64,000 bases of DNA from an uncultured cyanobacterium (GTDB taxonomy: Bacteria > Cyanobacteriota > Cyanobacteriia > Phormidesmidales > Phormidesmidaceae). Shown one piece after another: positions 1 to 10,805 of the stretch. The notes under the pieces are model-generated. The model was not told where the DNA came from, ran no database searches, and saw only the letters and a program-made list of their open reading frames with translations. The stretch covers positions 480,001 through 544,000 of the forward strand of contig CAWBZI010000002.1 of NCBI GenBank assembly GCA_963793265.1, in the 5' to 3' direction. The position numbers and the translations under genes are program-made. Positions within the stretch are counted from its first letter, which is position 1. The number at the start of each line of letters is the position of its first letter.

Positions 1-618
1 CTAAAACAGTTGGTCAGAGATACCTGCCAGCACCCCAAAGGTAGCCCTCAACGACAAAGAGGGCTCACTCGGCTTATCCGCGAAATCACAATTCAGCTAT
101 GGCATACCTCCGATGCCTACTACCCAGATGCCCTACAGCAAACCTGGATCTACTTTTGCAAAAATCTCTGTGAAGCCACAACGGGCAGGGCTTATGACTG
201 TGAAATAGCAACCCCGGTTACCTGGCTCAACGCCTACCTCAAGCGGCGATTACAAGACTTCAAGATTGCTGAAAATCGCGATCGCTACCAAACAGTATCC
301 AGAGCTAGTCTCACGTTCACCAGCGAAGACGGCCCCATCGATCCGATTGACCAGCTCAGAGCCCCACCGGATATTCCCCCCTGGCTAGAGCAGGTTTACG
401 ATTGGGTCGAGAAGAGTGAAGAACTCGAAACCATCCACATCGCTAAGCACCCCACCGTCACCGCCAAAGTCTTAATTCTTAAGCGCCTACCGCCCGAAAC
501 GCCCTGGAAAACGCTTTCGGCAGAGTACGGCATTTCGATCGGCACGCTCAGCAGCTTTTACCAGCGGCAGTGCCTCTCAAAACTCAGAGAATACGGCAAG
601 TCTCAAGGCTATCTATAG
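1..618 (+). CDS. Sigma-70/ECF-like RNA polymerase sigma factor family protein (5' truncated by window edge)
   Basis: Frame is open from base 1. Region-2-like segment DALQQTWIYFCKNL...TWLNAYLKRRL and C-terminal HTH (WKTLSAEYGISIGTLSSFYQRQC). Lies directly upstream of a DUF1822 gene, a usual cyanobacterial arrangement. Confidence 0.7.
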   Translation, partial: LKQLVRDTCQHPKGSPQRQRGLTRLIREITIQLWHTSDAYYPDALQQTWIYFCKNLCEATTGRAYDCEIATPVTWLNAYLKRRLQDFKIAENRDRYQTVSRASLTFTSEDGPIDPIDQLRAPPDIPPWLEQVYDWVEKSEELETIHIAKHPTVTAKVLILKRLPPETPWKTLSAEYGISIGTLSSFYQRQCLSKLREYGKSQGYL

Positions 619-708
619 CTGTTCTCCACTCATATTTTTAGCGACATCTTCTTAAAAGCACCTCTTATTCCTCACACATCGGCTCTTGAATAGAGCTATT
701 GGAACGTC

Positions 709-1695
709 ATGACGAACAACCTCTCTCAAGCAGCTAATCATCTCGGCAGCATCACGCTGCCGCTCACCACAGAATTTAAGCAAATTGCTCAATCGTTTGC
801 CCAGCAGTGCCCTTTTGCTGAGAAAGTGCCGCAAATTCGGCGCAATACGCTAGCAGTATGCGCAGTAAATGCCTACCTACAGCTCATAGAAATTGATACG
901 GACATCACCGCAGGCGATAGCTGGCATCCGATGATGCAGATGATGGGCGATGTGGCTGATTTGAAGGTGATCGATGCGGGCACGCTCTCATGTCGCCCGC
1001 TATTGCCTAATGAAGACACTTGCTATGTGCCGCCCGAAGATTGGAGCGATCGCACTGGCTACGTGGCCGTCGTGATTGATGAAAACGCGAGCCAGGCAAC
1101 GCTGTTGGGATTTACGAAGACGGTGGGAGAAGTAGAGCAGGTCGCGTTAGATACGTTTGAGCCCATAGAGACGCTGATTGATCGGGTGCATCGGGTGAAG
1201 GCGATCGCACAATCTCTCAATCAGGCCAAAACCGCTATCACCCAGTTCAGCGAGTGGACGCAGGGCGTAATATCAAGCACTTGGCAAGCCGTCGATACGT
1301 TTGTAAATCCAATGGGGCCCGAGTTTGCCGTTCGTGGAGAAGTAAGCGAGGTGGCTAAGGCAGTTGATACCGTTGATATCAGCCGCGCTCAGCTCGTTGA
1401 TTTGGGCACACAGTTTGGAGAATCAGTTCAAGTTGCCTTAGTCGTTCATCTCAGGCAGATATCGGCAGGCCAAAGCGAGATTTTGCTTCAGGTGAAGCCC
1501 CTCAACGAGACGCCTTTGCTACCTAAGAGCATTTCTCTATCCGTCTTTGATGAAAACGATGACTTGTTTAGAAGCACTACTTCAAGAGCGCTAGACAACT
1601 GTATTCAGCTACAAATCAGTGGCGAAGCGGGCGAAACCTTTAGTGTTCAAGTCAGTAAAGGTGAAAAGACTTTCACAGAGCGTTTTATGATTTAA
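709..1695 (+). CDS. DUF1822 family protein
   Basis: Motifs NTLAVCAVNAYL, DVADL, CRPL, VPPEDWSDRTGYVAV, ATLLGF and C-terminal DNCIQLQISGEAGETFSVQV...TERFMI. Confidence 0.85.
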   Translation: MTNNLSQAANHLGSITLPLTTEFKQIAQSFAQQCPFAEKVPQIRRNTLAVCAVNAYLQLIEIDTDITAGDSWHPMMQMMGDVADLKVIDAGTLSCRPLLPNEDTCYVPPEDWSDRTGYVAVVIDENASQATLLGFTKTVGEVEQVALDTFEPIETLIDRVHRVKAIAQSLNQAKTAITQFSEWTQGVISSTWQAVDTFVNPMGPEFAVRGEVSEVAKAVDTVDISRAQLVDLGTQFGESVQVALVVHLRQISAGQSEILLQVKPLNETPLLPKSISLSVFDENDDLFRSTTSRALDNCIQLQISGEAGETFSVQVSKGEKTFTERFMI

Positions 1696-1725
1696 CCAGA
1701 CATAAAGCTCCCAGGTAACCGCTCA

Positions 1726-2949
1726 GTGAACAAGCGCATTGTTATCAAAATTGGCCCCGGTAATATCAACACTGGATACGTGGCCTCGGTGCAAATTGGC
1801 AACGAAGGCGGTATGCCACACGCTGAAACGCAGGCGAGCTTGCCCCCAGCCCCCGATCTCGAAAAGATCTATCAGCAGTGGCAGCGCGCCTACTTGCAGT
1901 TGAGCCTGCCTTACCGGCTTGGGGCCTGTGACGGACAAACTAACGTATCGCAGGTGTTGGATGTAGAGTGGTGCCGAACCTTGAGCCGTCAGCTATGCGA
2001 TCGCGTCCACGACTGGCTGGTCTGCGACGAATTTCGTCCCATTCGCGAAAAGCTCCTAGAGCAGCTAAACCCCCAAGACAACACCCGCATCCTGCTACAA
2101 ACCCACGATCTGCTGCTCCAGCGCATTCCCTGGTACGAACTCGACTTTTTTCAGCGCTACCGCCAGGCCGAAGTTAGCATCTGCACCCCCGACTACCAGC
2201 AGGTCAACTACGTCGGCACCCGATCAGAGAAAGTGCGCGTGCTAGCCGTACTTGGCAACACCAAAGGGCTAGACACTCAAATCGATCAGACGCTTTTGAA
2301 GCAGCTCCCCAACGCCGACATTCAGTTTTTGCAAGAGCCGAGTCGCGAAGCTTTCAATGCTAGCCTTTGGGATGCTAGAGGCTGGGATATTTTATTTTTT
2401 GCAGGCCACAGCAGCAGCATAGAATGCAATCCCGACGAGGACGATAAGTCAGCAGCCGGTAGCGGTGAAATATCGCTGAGCGAAACCGAAAAGCTGACGA
2501 TCCCTCAGCTCAAACACGCCCTGAAAAAAGCCATTGACCGGGGCCTCAATACCGCTATTTTCAACTCTTGCGACGGCCTAGGCTTAGCCGCTGATTTGGC
2601 CGAACTACACATTCCGCAGGTGCTCGTCATGCGTGAGCCCGTACCCGATCAGGTCGCCCACGCCTTCCTTCAGGGCTTTCTAGAATCTTTCGCCACGGGC
2701 ACTCACTTCTACCTCGCCGTCCGCGAAGCCCGCGAAAAAATGCAGCCCCTAGAAGCCCGCTACCCCTGCGCCACCTGGCTCCCCGTAATTGTGCAAAACC
2801 CCGCCGAAACGCCGCCAACCTGGCTCTCACTGCAAGGCGACACCTCAGCTTACGCGCCTGGCTTTGACACCGAGGAACTTGATAGAACGGAATTAGTCAC
2901 CTTAGCCAAACGTTTACTCAAGATTCTTTCAAAGCAGCGGTCTGAGTAA
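1726..2949 (+). CDS. CHAT (caspase/HetF-like) domain protein
   Basis: WDILFFAGHS and AIFNSCDGLGLA (His/Cys dyad intact), VMREPVPD, PCATWLPVIVQNP. GTG start. Confidence 0.85.
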   Translation: MNKRIVIKIGPGNINTGYVASVQIGNEGGMPHAETQASLPPAPDLEKIYQQWQRAYLQLSLPYRLGACDGQTNVSQVLDVEWCRTLSRQLCDRVHDWLVCDEFRPIREKLLEQLNPQDNTRILLQTHDLLLQRIPWYELDFFQRYRQAEVSICTPDYQQVNYVGTRSEKVRVLAVLGNTKGLDTQIDQTLLKQLPNADIQFLQEPSREAFNASLWDARGWDILFFAGHSSSIECNPDEDDKSAAGSGEISLSETEKLTIPQLKHALKKAIDRGLNTAIFNSCDGLGLAADLAELHIPQVLVMREPVPDQVAHAFLQGFLESFATGTHFYLAVREAREKMQPLEARYPCATWLPVIVQNPAETPPTWLSLQGDTSAYAPGFDTEELDRTELVTLAKRLLKILSKQRSE

Positions 2950-3001
2950 GCTCATTCTGACTTCCTGCGACACCTCAACGACTTTGTTCCTTTTTTTGTC
3001 T

Positions 3002-3883
3002 ATGAAAGCTCCCTTTTTTACCTCTATACTCTCAGCCGTCGCGCTCCTAAGTGCTACCGATCTTGCCCTTGCGCAACAGCTGCCCAATCTCCCCATTCAG
3101 CTCAATCTAGACGATCTCGCCCCCGCACAATACCAAGGCAGCAGGCAAGAAAGCTGCGCTACCTATGACTTTCCGCTAACGGCACTGACCTATAGCACGG
3201 CCAACGGCACGACCGATGTGTCTGTAGGCTCATTGACGGTGCAGGCTCAGCCCCGGCTGTGGTTTTATCTACCAACTGACTCTGAAGAGATGAACGCTGT
3301 GATCGCTATCAAAAACACTCGCAATGAACTGCTATATGAAGGTCAGCTCAACGGTGAAACAGAAAGCGATGGCATTGTGAGTGTGCCGCTGCCAGTTGAG
3401 CTAAGCGCAGGCGATCCCTATCAATGGGTTTTAACAGTTGAGTGCGATGAAAATGATTCGGTTACGGTGGATGGCTGGATAGGTAGGGCACCGATTTCGC
3501 CAGCAACAGCAGGTGTGTTTGCAGGGGTGGGCGATCGCAACCGAGCCGCCCTCTATGCCAACGAGGGCTTTTTACAAGACGCGCTCAGCGAACTGGCGCT
3601 ACTACGACTTGCAGATAAAGCAGATGAAGACTTAGCAGAAGACTGGATTGGCTTCTTAAGCGATCTGGGACTGGCCGATCTTACCGCTGCGCCCTTACTA
3701 GACTGCTGCGAAATCGCGGATGCTCGCACTTTACCCGAAGAAGAAATAGACGAGCCCGAGACTTCTGAGCCTGAGGTGTCTGAGCCCGAAGTTTCTGAAC
3801 CGATAGAAGATTCGGTTGAACCTGAAGAGGCAGAAGAACCAGATACTAGAACGCCGTTACAGCGAGCGCGGGATAACGGATGA
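3002..3883 (+). CDS. DUF928 domain protein, probably secreted
   Basis: Signal-peptide-like N-terminus; LTVQAQPRLWFYLP, YQWVLTVEC, LYANEGFLQDAL motifs; acidic tail. ATG at 3002 preferred over TTG 2984. Confidence 0.8.
   Translation: MKAPFFTSILSAVALLSATDLALAQQLPNLPIQLNLDDLAPAQYQGSRQESCATYDFPLTALTYSTANGTTDVSVGSLTVQAQPRLWFYLPTDSEEMNAVIAIKNTRNELLYEGQLNGETESDGIVSVPLPVELSAGDPYQWVLTVECDENDSVTVDGWIGRAPISPATAGVFAGVGDRNRAALYANEGFLQDALSELALLRLADKADEDLAEDWIGFLSDLGLADLTAAPLLDCCEIADARTLPEEEIDEPETSEPEVSEPEVSEPIEDSVEPEEAEEPDTRTPLQRARDNG
3752..3796 (+). repeat. 15-bp coding tandem repeat (EPETS/EPEVS/EPEVS)
   Basis: gagcccgagacttct gagcctgaggtgtct gagcccgaagtttct. Confidence 0.8.
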
Positions 3884-3961
3884 GCCTGAGCCCGCAAACG
3901 TCTTGCAGAATTAATCAGACTAGGCCCGATAGGTAGATATACAGCGTTCCAAAGAGAGAAC

Positions 3962-4516
3962 ATGAAACCTGATAAATCTACCCCCGATTTCAGCATCCTA
4001 CGCGCCGCTATAGAAGGACTGCAAGACGGCTTTATTATTGCCAGCCAAACTGGCCTCATTGAAAAAATCAACGCGCCCGCCCAGCGAATCTGCGAGCTGC
4101 TCAAAGCTTCCGACACGCTACCTGTAGAAATTTGGCGCGTTTGCCAGGCTGCTCTCAAAAACCAGGACGTGCTTTCGTTTCAAAGAATTGGCCTTGATGC
4201 TGAAATCATTTTGCCTGAGCTAGGCAGCGTTCGCATTCGGGTAAAAAATATTCAGCTCGCCCAAGTGCCGCACTTATTGATTGTTTTAGAAGACCGGCAG
4301 CAAACCATCCGTAACAAAGCTCTCTCCGATGCCGCTCTGTTTGGTCTTACTGAGCGTGAAACCGAAGTGTGGCAGCTACGATTGCGCGGCGCTGACTATA
4401 ACGAAATTTCTACGACGCTTTGGATTAGCGCCAACACCGTTAAGAAGCACGTAAAAAACATTCTTGCCAAACAACGAAGCCACCAGGACGACACAGCGTA
4501 CGACCTGATGGCTTGA
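3962..4516 (+). CDS. LuxR-family HTH regulator with N-terminal PAS-like region
   Basis: GLTERETEVWQLRLRGADYNEISTTLWISANTVKKHVKNI; N-terminal IEGLQDGFII...NAPAQRI. Confidence 0.85.
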   Translation: MKPDKSTPDFSILRAAIEGLQDGFIIASQTGLIEKINAPAQRICELLKASDTLPVEIWRVCQAALKNQDVLSFQRIGLDAEIILPELGSVRIRVKNIQLAQVPHLLIVLEDRQQTIRNKALSDAALFGLTERETEVWQLRLRGADYNEISTTLWISANTVKKHVKNILAKQRSHQDDTAYDLMA

Positions 4517-4558
4517 AATCATAAGGATTAGCGGCTGGGGCTCAGTCCATTCTGCAAT

Positions 4559-6163
4559 TTACTGCGCGATCGCTGGAACCTCAGACACCTTAGCCCCTGC
4601 AACCGGCATCTGCTCATGACCCAGCTCAGCAGCAATCTCCGCATTCCGAATCAAAACCGAGCGCTGCAATAAAGGCGTCCGCGCAACCGAGCTATTGGCG
4701 AGCTGAAGCAAAGGATTTGCCGCCACACCTGCAAGTGCAGTCACCGTCACCGCCAAAATCAAGCTCACCTGCAAAGGCCGCATTCCTGGCAAAGTCCAAT
4801 CGTTAACCGTGTAGGCTCTAACCTCATCAGACATTTCCTGCGGCTCTTTGACCACCATCATCTTCACCACACGAATGTAGTAGTAAATAGAGATCACACT
4901 GGTGATAAGTCCGACAAGGACTAGCGTGTAGGCACCCGCCTGCCAGCCCGCCCAGAAGATGTAGATTTTTCCGAAGAAGCCTGCCAGCGGTGGAATGCCA
5001 CCCAAAGACAGCAGGCAAAGGCTTAAGCACAGCGTCAGCAGCGGGTCTTTTTGGTAGAGGCCACTGTAGGCACTAATTTGATCGGTACCCGTACGCAGCG
5101 AGAACAGAATCACGCAGGTAAAGGCTCCCAGGTTCATAAATAAATAGATGAACAGGTAGAACACCAGGCTCGAGTAGCCCGCGTCCGTACCAATGATAAA
5201 GCCAATCATTACAATCCCAGCCTGACCAATCGAAGAGTAGGCCAGCAGACGCTTCATGCTCGTTTGAGCCAGCGCCACTACGTTCCCTAAAATCATGCTG
5301 AGAATAGCCAGCGCTGCAAAGACAAACCGCCACTGAGCAGACACCATCGGAAAGGCCGTGAGTAATAGGCGAATGGCCAGTGCAAAACCGGCTGTTTTAG
5401 AACCGACTGAGAGAAAAGCTACGACAGGTGTAGGAGAGCCTTCGTAAACGTCCGGCGTCCACTGGTGAAAGGGCACCGCCGCAACTTTGAAGGCGATCCC
5501 AGCAATGACAAATACCAGGGCAATAATCAACCCAATCGGCGCGGTTTCATTGGCCGCTGCGATCTGAGTCGCAATTAGGCTCAGGTTCGTTTCACCGCCT
5601 GATAGGCCGTACAGCAGCGACATGCCGTAAAGGAAAATGGCCGCACTCGCTGCGCCAATCAGCAAATATTTCAGCGCCGCCTCGTTAGAGCGCGGGTCGC
5701 GTTTCATGTAGCCCGTCAATAAATAAGACGAAATACTTAAGGTTTCTAGAGAGACAAAGACGGTGACTAGCTCGTCAGCACCTGAAAGGAACATCCCGCC
5801 AAGAGTTGCGGTGAGCAGGATGGCTAAAAACTCTGCCAGCGCGGTGCCTGAGCGTTCTACGTAGCGGATGCACATTGGCACGGTAACGGCTGCCGAGAGG
5901 GCAATAATGCCGCGGAAAACAATGCTTAAATCGTCTCCATTGAATGCGCCCAAAAAGGCAATCGGTTCGGCGGCTCCCCATTGAAAATAGAGGCCAACCA
6001 CTGCGGTTAAAAGACCTGCGATCGCCACATAAGGCAACCACTTCGTAACTGCCCTACCGCCCACAATGTCGGTAATAAGGATTGCCATGATCGTGACTAT
6101 CACAATCCCTTCTGGCAAAATGATGCCCGCATTTAACTGAGCGGCAATATTGGCAAAGTCCAT
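4559..6163 (-). CDS. ndhB: NAD(P)H-quinone oxidoreductase subunit 2 (NDH-1 NdhB/NuoN)
   Basis: [70 protein letters not shown]. Confidence 0.97.
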   Translation of the reverse strand: MDFANIAAQLNAGIILPEGIVIVTIMAILITDIVGGRAVTKWLPYVAIAGLLTAVVGLYFQWGAAEPIAFLGAFNGDDLSIVFRGIIALSAAVTVPMCIRYVERSGTALAEFLAILLTATLGGMFLSGADELVTVFVSLETLSISSYLLTGYMKRDPRSNEAALKYLLIGAASAAIFLYGMSLLYGLSGGETNLSLIATQIAAANETAPIGLIIALVFVIAGIAFKVAAVPFHQWTPDVYEGSPTPVVAFLSVGSKTAGFALAIRLLLTAFPMVSAQWRFVFAALAILSMILGNVVALAQTSMKRLLAYSSIGQAGIVMIGFIIGTDAGYSSLVFYLFIYLFMNLGAFTCVILFSLRTGTDQISAYSGLYQKDPLLTLCLSLCLLSLGGIPPLAGFFGKIYIFWAGWQAGAYTLVLVGLITSVISIYYYIRVVKMMVVKEPQEMSDEVRAYTVNDWTLPGMRPLQVSLILAVTVTALAGVAANPLLQLANSSVARTPLLQRSVLIRNAEIAAELGHEQMPVAGAKVSEVPAIAQ

Positions 6164-6618
6164 CGACTACGGCCCAATAAAGGAGCCTGATAAGGTTTTC
6201 CACTTGAAAGCTTACCGTGTATTTTCCGATAATCCCACCGCCGCCGAGAATAAGTTGATAATTTAGGCCAGAATTTAGCCCAGAGGGATCGGTTGGATCG
6301 GCGATCGCGCCAAAAACTTAATAGACAGATCTTCCCGAAGAGCGCTACAACGAAAACACGCTATTCGACTTATAAAGATCGACATGGGTTTGCCATAGGT
6401 TTACAAGAGGGGGTAGACGGAAAGGCCCCTTTTGATCTATCGCTATAAATAGAGGCAACTTGATATGAGTGGTCTAGCCCCTGCCCTTCCTATCTATTTT
6501 GTTAGAGAGGATTAGCTATCAAGACGTAGCTTTCAGGTACGCATCTTGGGAACGCTTCATATCAACCTCATGAAGCATCGCTTTCTTATTAACCCCCGCT
6601 AAAAAAGCACAGGTCGTA

Positions 6619-9366
6619 ATGTCTACGCTCGTCATTGTTGAGTCACCCACCAAAGCCAAAACCATTCGCAACTTCCTGCCAAAAGGCTATCGGGTAGAGG
6701 CTTCGATGGGCCATATTCGCGATTTGCCTAAGTCGGCCAAGGAGATTCCGGCCAAGGTGAAAAAAGAAAAGTGGGCTCAAATTGGCGTGAACACAGAGGC
6801 CGATTTTGAGCCTTTGTATGTGATCCCTGCGGATAAAAAGAAGGTTGTTAAAACCCTCAAAGATGCCCTAAAAGAAGCCGATGAGCTGGTACTAGCGACT
6901 GACGAAGACCGCGAAGGTGAAAGCATTAGCTGGCACCTGATGGAGGTGCTTAAGCCTAAGGTGCCAACGAAGCGAATGGTGTTTCATGAAATTACCAAGG
7001 AAGCCATTCAAGAAGCCCTTTCTAACTGCCGCACCATCGACGACAAGCTGGTTCATGCTCAAGAAACGCGCCGCATTTTAGACCGGCTCGTGGGCTACAC
7101 CGTCTCGCCTTTGCTATGGAAAAAGATTGCGTTTGGCCTCTCTGCGGGTCGCGTGCAGTCGGTATCCGTTCGCCTGCTCGTTGAACGCGAGCGGGCTAGA
7201 CGCGCGTTCCGCCGAGGGTCTTACTGGGATCTCAAGGCAGCTTTGCTCAAGTCTGCGGACAAGGATAAAAGTCCTTTTGATGCCAAGCTGGTTTCAGTCG
7301 GCGGCACCCGCGTAGCTAACGGCAGCGACTTTGACGAATCCACTGGCCAGGTGAAAGCAGGCCGCAACGTACTGCTCCTCAATGAGCAAGAGGCTCAGGC
7401 GCTACGAGTCCGCTTAGAGTCTAGCGCTTGGAGCGTTGCCAATTTAGAAGAGAGGCCTAATACGCGCAAACCTGCCCCGCCGTTTACCACCTCCACGCTT
7501 CAGCAGGAGGCTAACCGTAAGCTCGGACTTTCAGCTCGCGATACGATGCGAACGGCGCAAGGGCTGTATGAGAAAGGTTTTATTACCTATATGAGAACGG
7601 ATTCGACGAGTTTATCGAAGCAGGCGATCGCGGCAGCTAGAAGCTGTGTTGAAACCAAATACGGCAAAGACTACCTCAGCCCAAAACCCCGCCAGTTCTC
7701 AGCTAAGAGCAAAGGTGCCCAAGAGGCCCACGAAGCCATTCGCCCGTCTGGTGAAGTGTTCCGCACACCTCAAGATACGCCTTTAAAAGAACGTGAGCTA
7801 AAGCTATACGATCTGATTTGGAAGCGCACGGTCGCCACGCAAATGGCAGAAGCGCGTCAGACCAATATCACCGTTCAAATTGAAGCAGACGATGCCATTT
7901 TCAAAGCGACCGGCAAACGCATCGATTTTCCTGGATTCTTCCGCGCCTATGTAGAAGGTTCAGATAATCCTGATGCTGCCATTGAGAACCAAGAGATCGT
8001 GCTGCCTGCGATGAAGCAAGGCGATTCTCTAGACTGTTCGAGCTTAGAAGCGATTGGTCATGAAACCCAGCCACCGGCTCGCTACACAGAAGCCAGCCTA
8101 GTTAAGACACTTGAGAAAGAAGGCATTGGCCGCCCGAGTACCTATGCAACCGTGATTAGTACGGTTGTCACTCGCCGCTATGCCGAACTGATCAACAACA
8201 GCCTTGTGCCAACGTTCACAGCATTCGCAGTCACTGAGCTGTTAGAGAAGAACTTCCCTGATCTTGTAGATGTCCACTTTACGGCGAACATGGAGCAAAC
8301 GTTAGACGAGATCTCTACGGGTAGTGAAGAATGGCTACCGTATCTGAAGAAGTTTTATAACGGAGAAAAGGGTCTGGCTGGGCAGGTAGAACAGCGCCAG
8401 GACAACATCGATCCAACAGAAGCGCGGACGGTTGATCTTGATGATTTGATGGCTAAAGTACGCATCGGTAAATATGGCGCGTATGTAGAGCTAGAGAAAG
8501 ACGAAGAAACTGTTAGAGCCTCGATTCCTGACGGCGTTAGCCCGGCTGATTTAGACGACGAGCAGGTGGAAGTTCTGCTGAAGCAAAAGACAGAGGGGCC
8601 AGAGAAAATTGGGCTTCATCCTGAAACGGGCGAGCCAATGTATATGCTGATTGGTCGCTTTGGCCCGTACGTGCAGCTTGGCGATGTCACGGAAGAAAAC
8701 AAAAAGCCTAAGCGCACCTCTTTGCCTAAAGGCGTAAAAGCTGAAGATGTCGATCAGGAGATGGCGGTTGCGCTACTTTCTCTACCTCGTTTGCTAGGCG
8801 TTCATCCTGAAACGGGCAACAATATCAAGGCGAACTTAGGCCGCTTTGGCCCGTACGTTGTGCATACCAAAGGTAGAGAAGACGGTAAAGACGACTACCG
8901 CTCAATTAAGGGCGACGATGACATGCTGACTATTCAGCTTGATCGGGCCTTGGAGATGTTAGCGCAGCCTAAAGCTGGTCGTGGGCGGAAGGCAGCGACG
9001 CCTATTCATGAAATTGGTAAGCATCCGGCTGATGAGGAGCCTATCAACGTGTATGACGGGCCTTATGGGCCTTACATTAAGCATGGCAAGGTGAATGCGT
9101 CGGTGCCTGAGGGTAAGAAGCCTGAAGAGGTGACCGTAGAGGAGGCGGTTGCACTGCTCGAAGAGAAGGGTGGTGCGGTGAAGAAGAAGAAGACAACTAA
9201 GAAGAAAACGACTGCGAAGAAGAGTACGGCTAAAAAAGGAACGACTAAGACAGCGGCGGCGAAGAAGAGAACGGCGAAGACGACGACTGCGAAGAAGGCA
9301 ACAACGGCGAAGAAAGGAACGACGGCGAAGAAGAAGACTAAAGCGGCTAGTGAGGTAGGAGAATAG
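6619..9366 (+). CDS. topA: DNA topoisomerase I
   Basis: [46 protein letters not shown]-terminal GRFGPY repeats and Lys-rich tail. Confidence 0.98.
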   Translation: MSTLVIVESPTKAKTIRNFLPKGYRVEASMGHIRDLPKSAKEIPAKVKKEKWAQIGVNTEADFEPLYVIPADKKKVVKTLKDALKEADELVLATDEDREGESISWHLMEVLKPKVPTKRMVFHEITKEAIQEALSNCRTIDDKLVHAQETRRILDRLVGYTVSPLLWKKIAFGLSAGRVQSVSVRLLVERERARRAFRRGSYWDLKAALLKSADKDKSPFDAKLVSVGGTRVANGSDFDESTGQVKAGRNVLLLNEQEAQALRVRLESSAWSVANLEERPNTRKPAPPFTTSTLQQEANRKLGLSARDTMRTAQGLYEKGFITYMRTDSTSLSKQAIAAARSCVETKYGKDYLSPKPRQFSAKSKGAQEAHEAIRPSGEVFRTPQDTPLKERELKLYDLIWKRTVATQMAEARQTNITVQIEADDAIFKATGKRIDFPGFFRAYVEGSDNPDAAIENQEIVLPAMKQGDSLDCSSLEAIGHETQPPARYTEASLVKTLEKEGIGRPSTYATVISTVVTRRYAELINNSLVPTFTAFAVTELLEKNFPDLVDVHFTANMEQTLDEISTGSEEWLPYLKKFYNGEKGLAGQVEQRQDNIDPTEARTVDLDDLMAKVRIGKYGAYVELEKDEETVRASIPDGVSPADLDDEQVEVLLKQKTEGPEKIGLHPETGEPMYMLIGRFGPYVQLGDVTEENKKPKRTSLPKGVKAEDVDQEMAVALLSLPRLLGVHPETGNNIKANLGRFGPYVVHTKGREDGKDDYRSIKGDDDMLTIQLDRALEMLAQPKAGRGRKAATPIHEIGKHPADEEPINVYDGPYGPYIKHGKVNASVPEGKKPEEVTVEEAVALLEEKGGAVKKKKTTKKKTTAKKSTAKKGTTKTAAAKKRTAKTTTAKKATTAKKGTTAKKKTKAASEVGE

Positions 9367-9435
9367 ATTTTAGACGTTCGGATTGATATCAGTCGGAGAA
9401 CCTTATGCAGGAGCGTATATGTAGGGTTTAGAGTC

Positions 9436-9462
9436 GGAGGGTGTAAAGCCTTACGCCCCTAC
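9436..9462 (-). repeat. REP-like palindromic element (GTAG-type)
   Basis: ggagggtgtaaagccttacgcccctac, closely matching the element at 62479-62505; the reverse complement begins GTAG followed by a hairpin. Confidence 0.65.
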
Positions 9463-9510
9463 AGGAGGCTGGATATGAGCATGATTTGTTCAACTTAAGG
9501 GCTCACAGCT

Positions 9511-10251
9511 ATGGCTATGCAACTTGATCAGGTTGTTCCTTTTGGGCGCTCTTTGGATGAGTACGTCAGGATGTTTTCGCTGAGCGATCGCAATCTAAAA
9601 TCATCCATACTAAGCGTCGCTGACGGCCCTGCTAGCTTCAACGCTGAAGGCACTGCCAAAGGCTACAGCATTCAGTCTGTTGATCCACTGTACGAATTTG
9701 AAGGCGATGAAATCAAAAAGCGCTTTTATGCCGTACGAGACAACATCATTCAGCAAATACGCGACACTCAAAACGACTGGGTGTGGAACTTTCACGACTC
9801 ACCAGACACCTTGAGCCAAACGAGAACAAACGTTACCGAACGCTTTGCGGCTGATTACGCGCTAGGTAAGCAGCAAGGTCGCTACATCACAGGCCAACTA
9901 CCGAACCTTAGCATTGCTGATAATGCGTTCGATCTGGGCCTTTGTTCGCACTTCCTATTTCTATACTCTCAGCAGTTCAATACGGCCTTTCATATCGCCG
10001 CCATTGATGAAATGCTGAGAGTCTGTAAAGAAGTCAGGATTTTTCCACTGCTGACATTAATGGGCAAAACCTCACCACACCTTGAGCCTGTTGTGAGTCA
10101 TTTAGAGAAAAAGGGCTACTCTGAACGGAAACAAGCAGACGAAGGGACGCGATCTTTTTGGATTATTGAAACGGTAGACTACGAGCTGCAAAAAGGCGGG
10201 AATAAGATGCTGAGAATTGTGACGAATGCTGACAGACCTTCGAGCGATTAA
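9511..10251 (+). CDS. Class I SAM-dependent methyltransferase
   Basis: ILSVADGPASFNAE, FDLGLCSHFLFLYS, EMLRVCKEVRIFPL. Confidence 0.8.
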   Translation: MAMQLDQVVPFGRSLDEYVRMFSLSDRNLKSSILSVADGPASFNAEGTAKGYSIQSVDPLYEFEGDEIKKRFYAVRDNIIQQIRDTQNDWVWNFHDSPDTLSQTRTNVTERFAADYALGKQQGRYITGQLPNLSIADNAFDLGLCSHFLFLYSQQFNTAFHIAAIDEMLRVCKEVRIFPLLTLMGKTSPHLEPVVSHLEKKGYSERKQADEGTRSFWIIETVDYELQKGGNKMLRIVTNADRPSSD

Positions 10252-10267
10252 AAAGTTAGCGATCGCG

Positions 10268-10714
10268 CTATTTCTGAATGAGGACAGCTCCGGCAAGCAT
10301 CATTAGCGTTCCTAAGAGGCGAGATCCGTTGGGAGAAATTTGCTCAACGCCAAACGCGCCCGTAGAATCTAAAACTAGCGACATGATTACCTGCCCAGCG
10401 ATGACCAAAGAAAAAACAGAAGCGACTCCTAGCTTTGGAATAGCCACGAGTGACGACACTAAGTAGTAGGCCGCAAAAACACCGCCTAACCATGCCCAAG
10501 TTGGGACGGCATTAAACGCAGGTAGCGACCCTCGCTCAACAGTGCCGCTAGCCCAAAGTAACAGAAGTGAAAACAGGCTGACGCTCAGCGACACAATGGT
10601 TGTAAGGATCGGAGAATCCGTTGAGAGCCGAAGACGAGCGTTCCAAGTAATTTGAACAGCTAGACCTGCTCCGCCCAGCGCGACCAAAAAAAGAAGAAAC
10701 AATCGGTTGAGCAT
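10268..10714 (-). CDS. DMT-superfamily small transporter (YdcZ/DUF606-like)
   Basis: About 5 TM segments; AVQITWNARL, WAWLGGVFAA, IPKLG, IAGQVIMSLVLDSTGAFG. Confidence 0.85.
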   Translation of the reverse strand: MLNRLFLLFLVALGGAGLAVQITWNARLRLSTDSPILTTIVSLSVSLFSLLLLWASGTVERGSLPAFNAVPTWAWLGGVFAAYYLVSSLVAIPKLGVASVFSLVIAGQVIMSLVLDSTGAFGVEQISPNGSRLLGTLMMLAGAVLIQK

Positions 10715-10805
10715 GAATATGGCCGAGTAATTTGTGCGCTGATATCGTCACACAGTCTACAGTTATACAGGCGCACAAACATAGGTGTAAGTAAAGGCAG
10801 AGGCC

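Noticed and set aside
3553..4158. Long antisense ORFs (also 28539-29153, 43832-44287, 17807-18274 and others)
   Set aside because: Shadows of well-supported genes on the opposite strand, with no recognisable motifs.
9170..9350. AAG/ACG-rich repetitive DNA
   Set aside because: Encodes the ordinary Lys-rich C-terminal tail of TopA.
9490..9499. tcaacttaag near the REP after topA, resembling the MITE TIR
   Set aside because: Only a 10-nt match with no partner TIR or target duplication.
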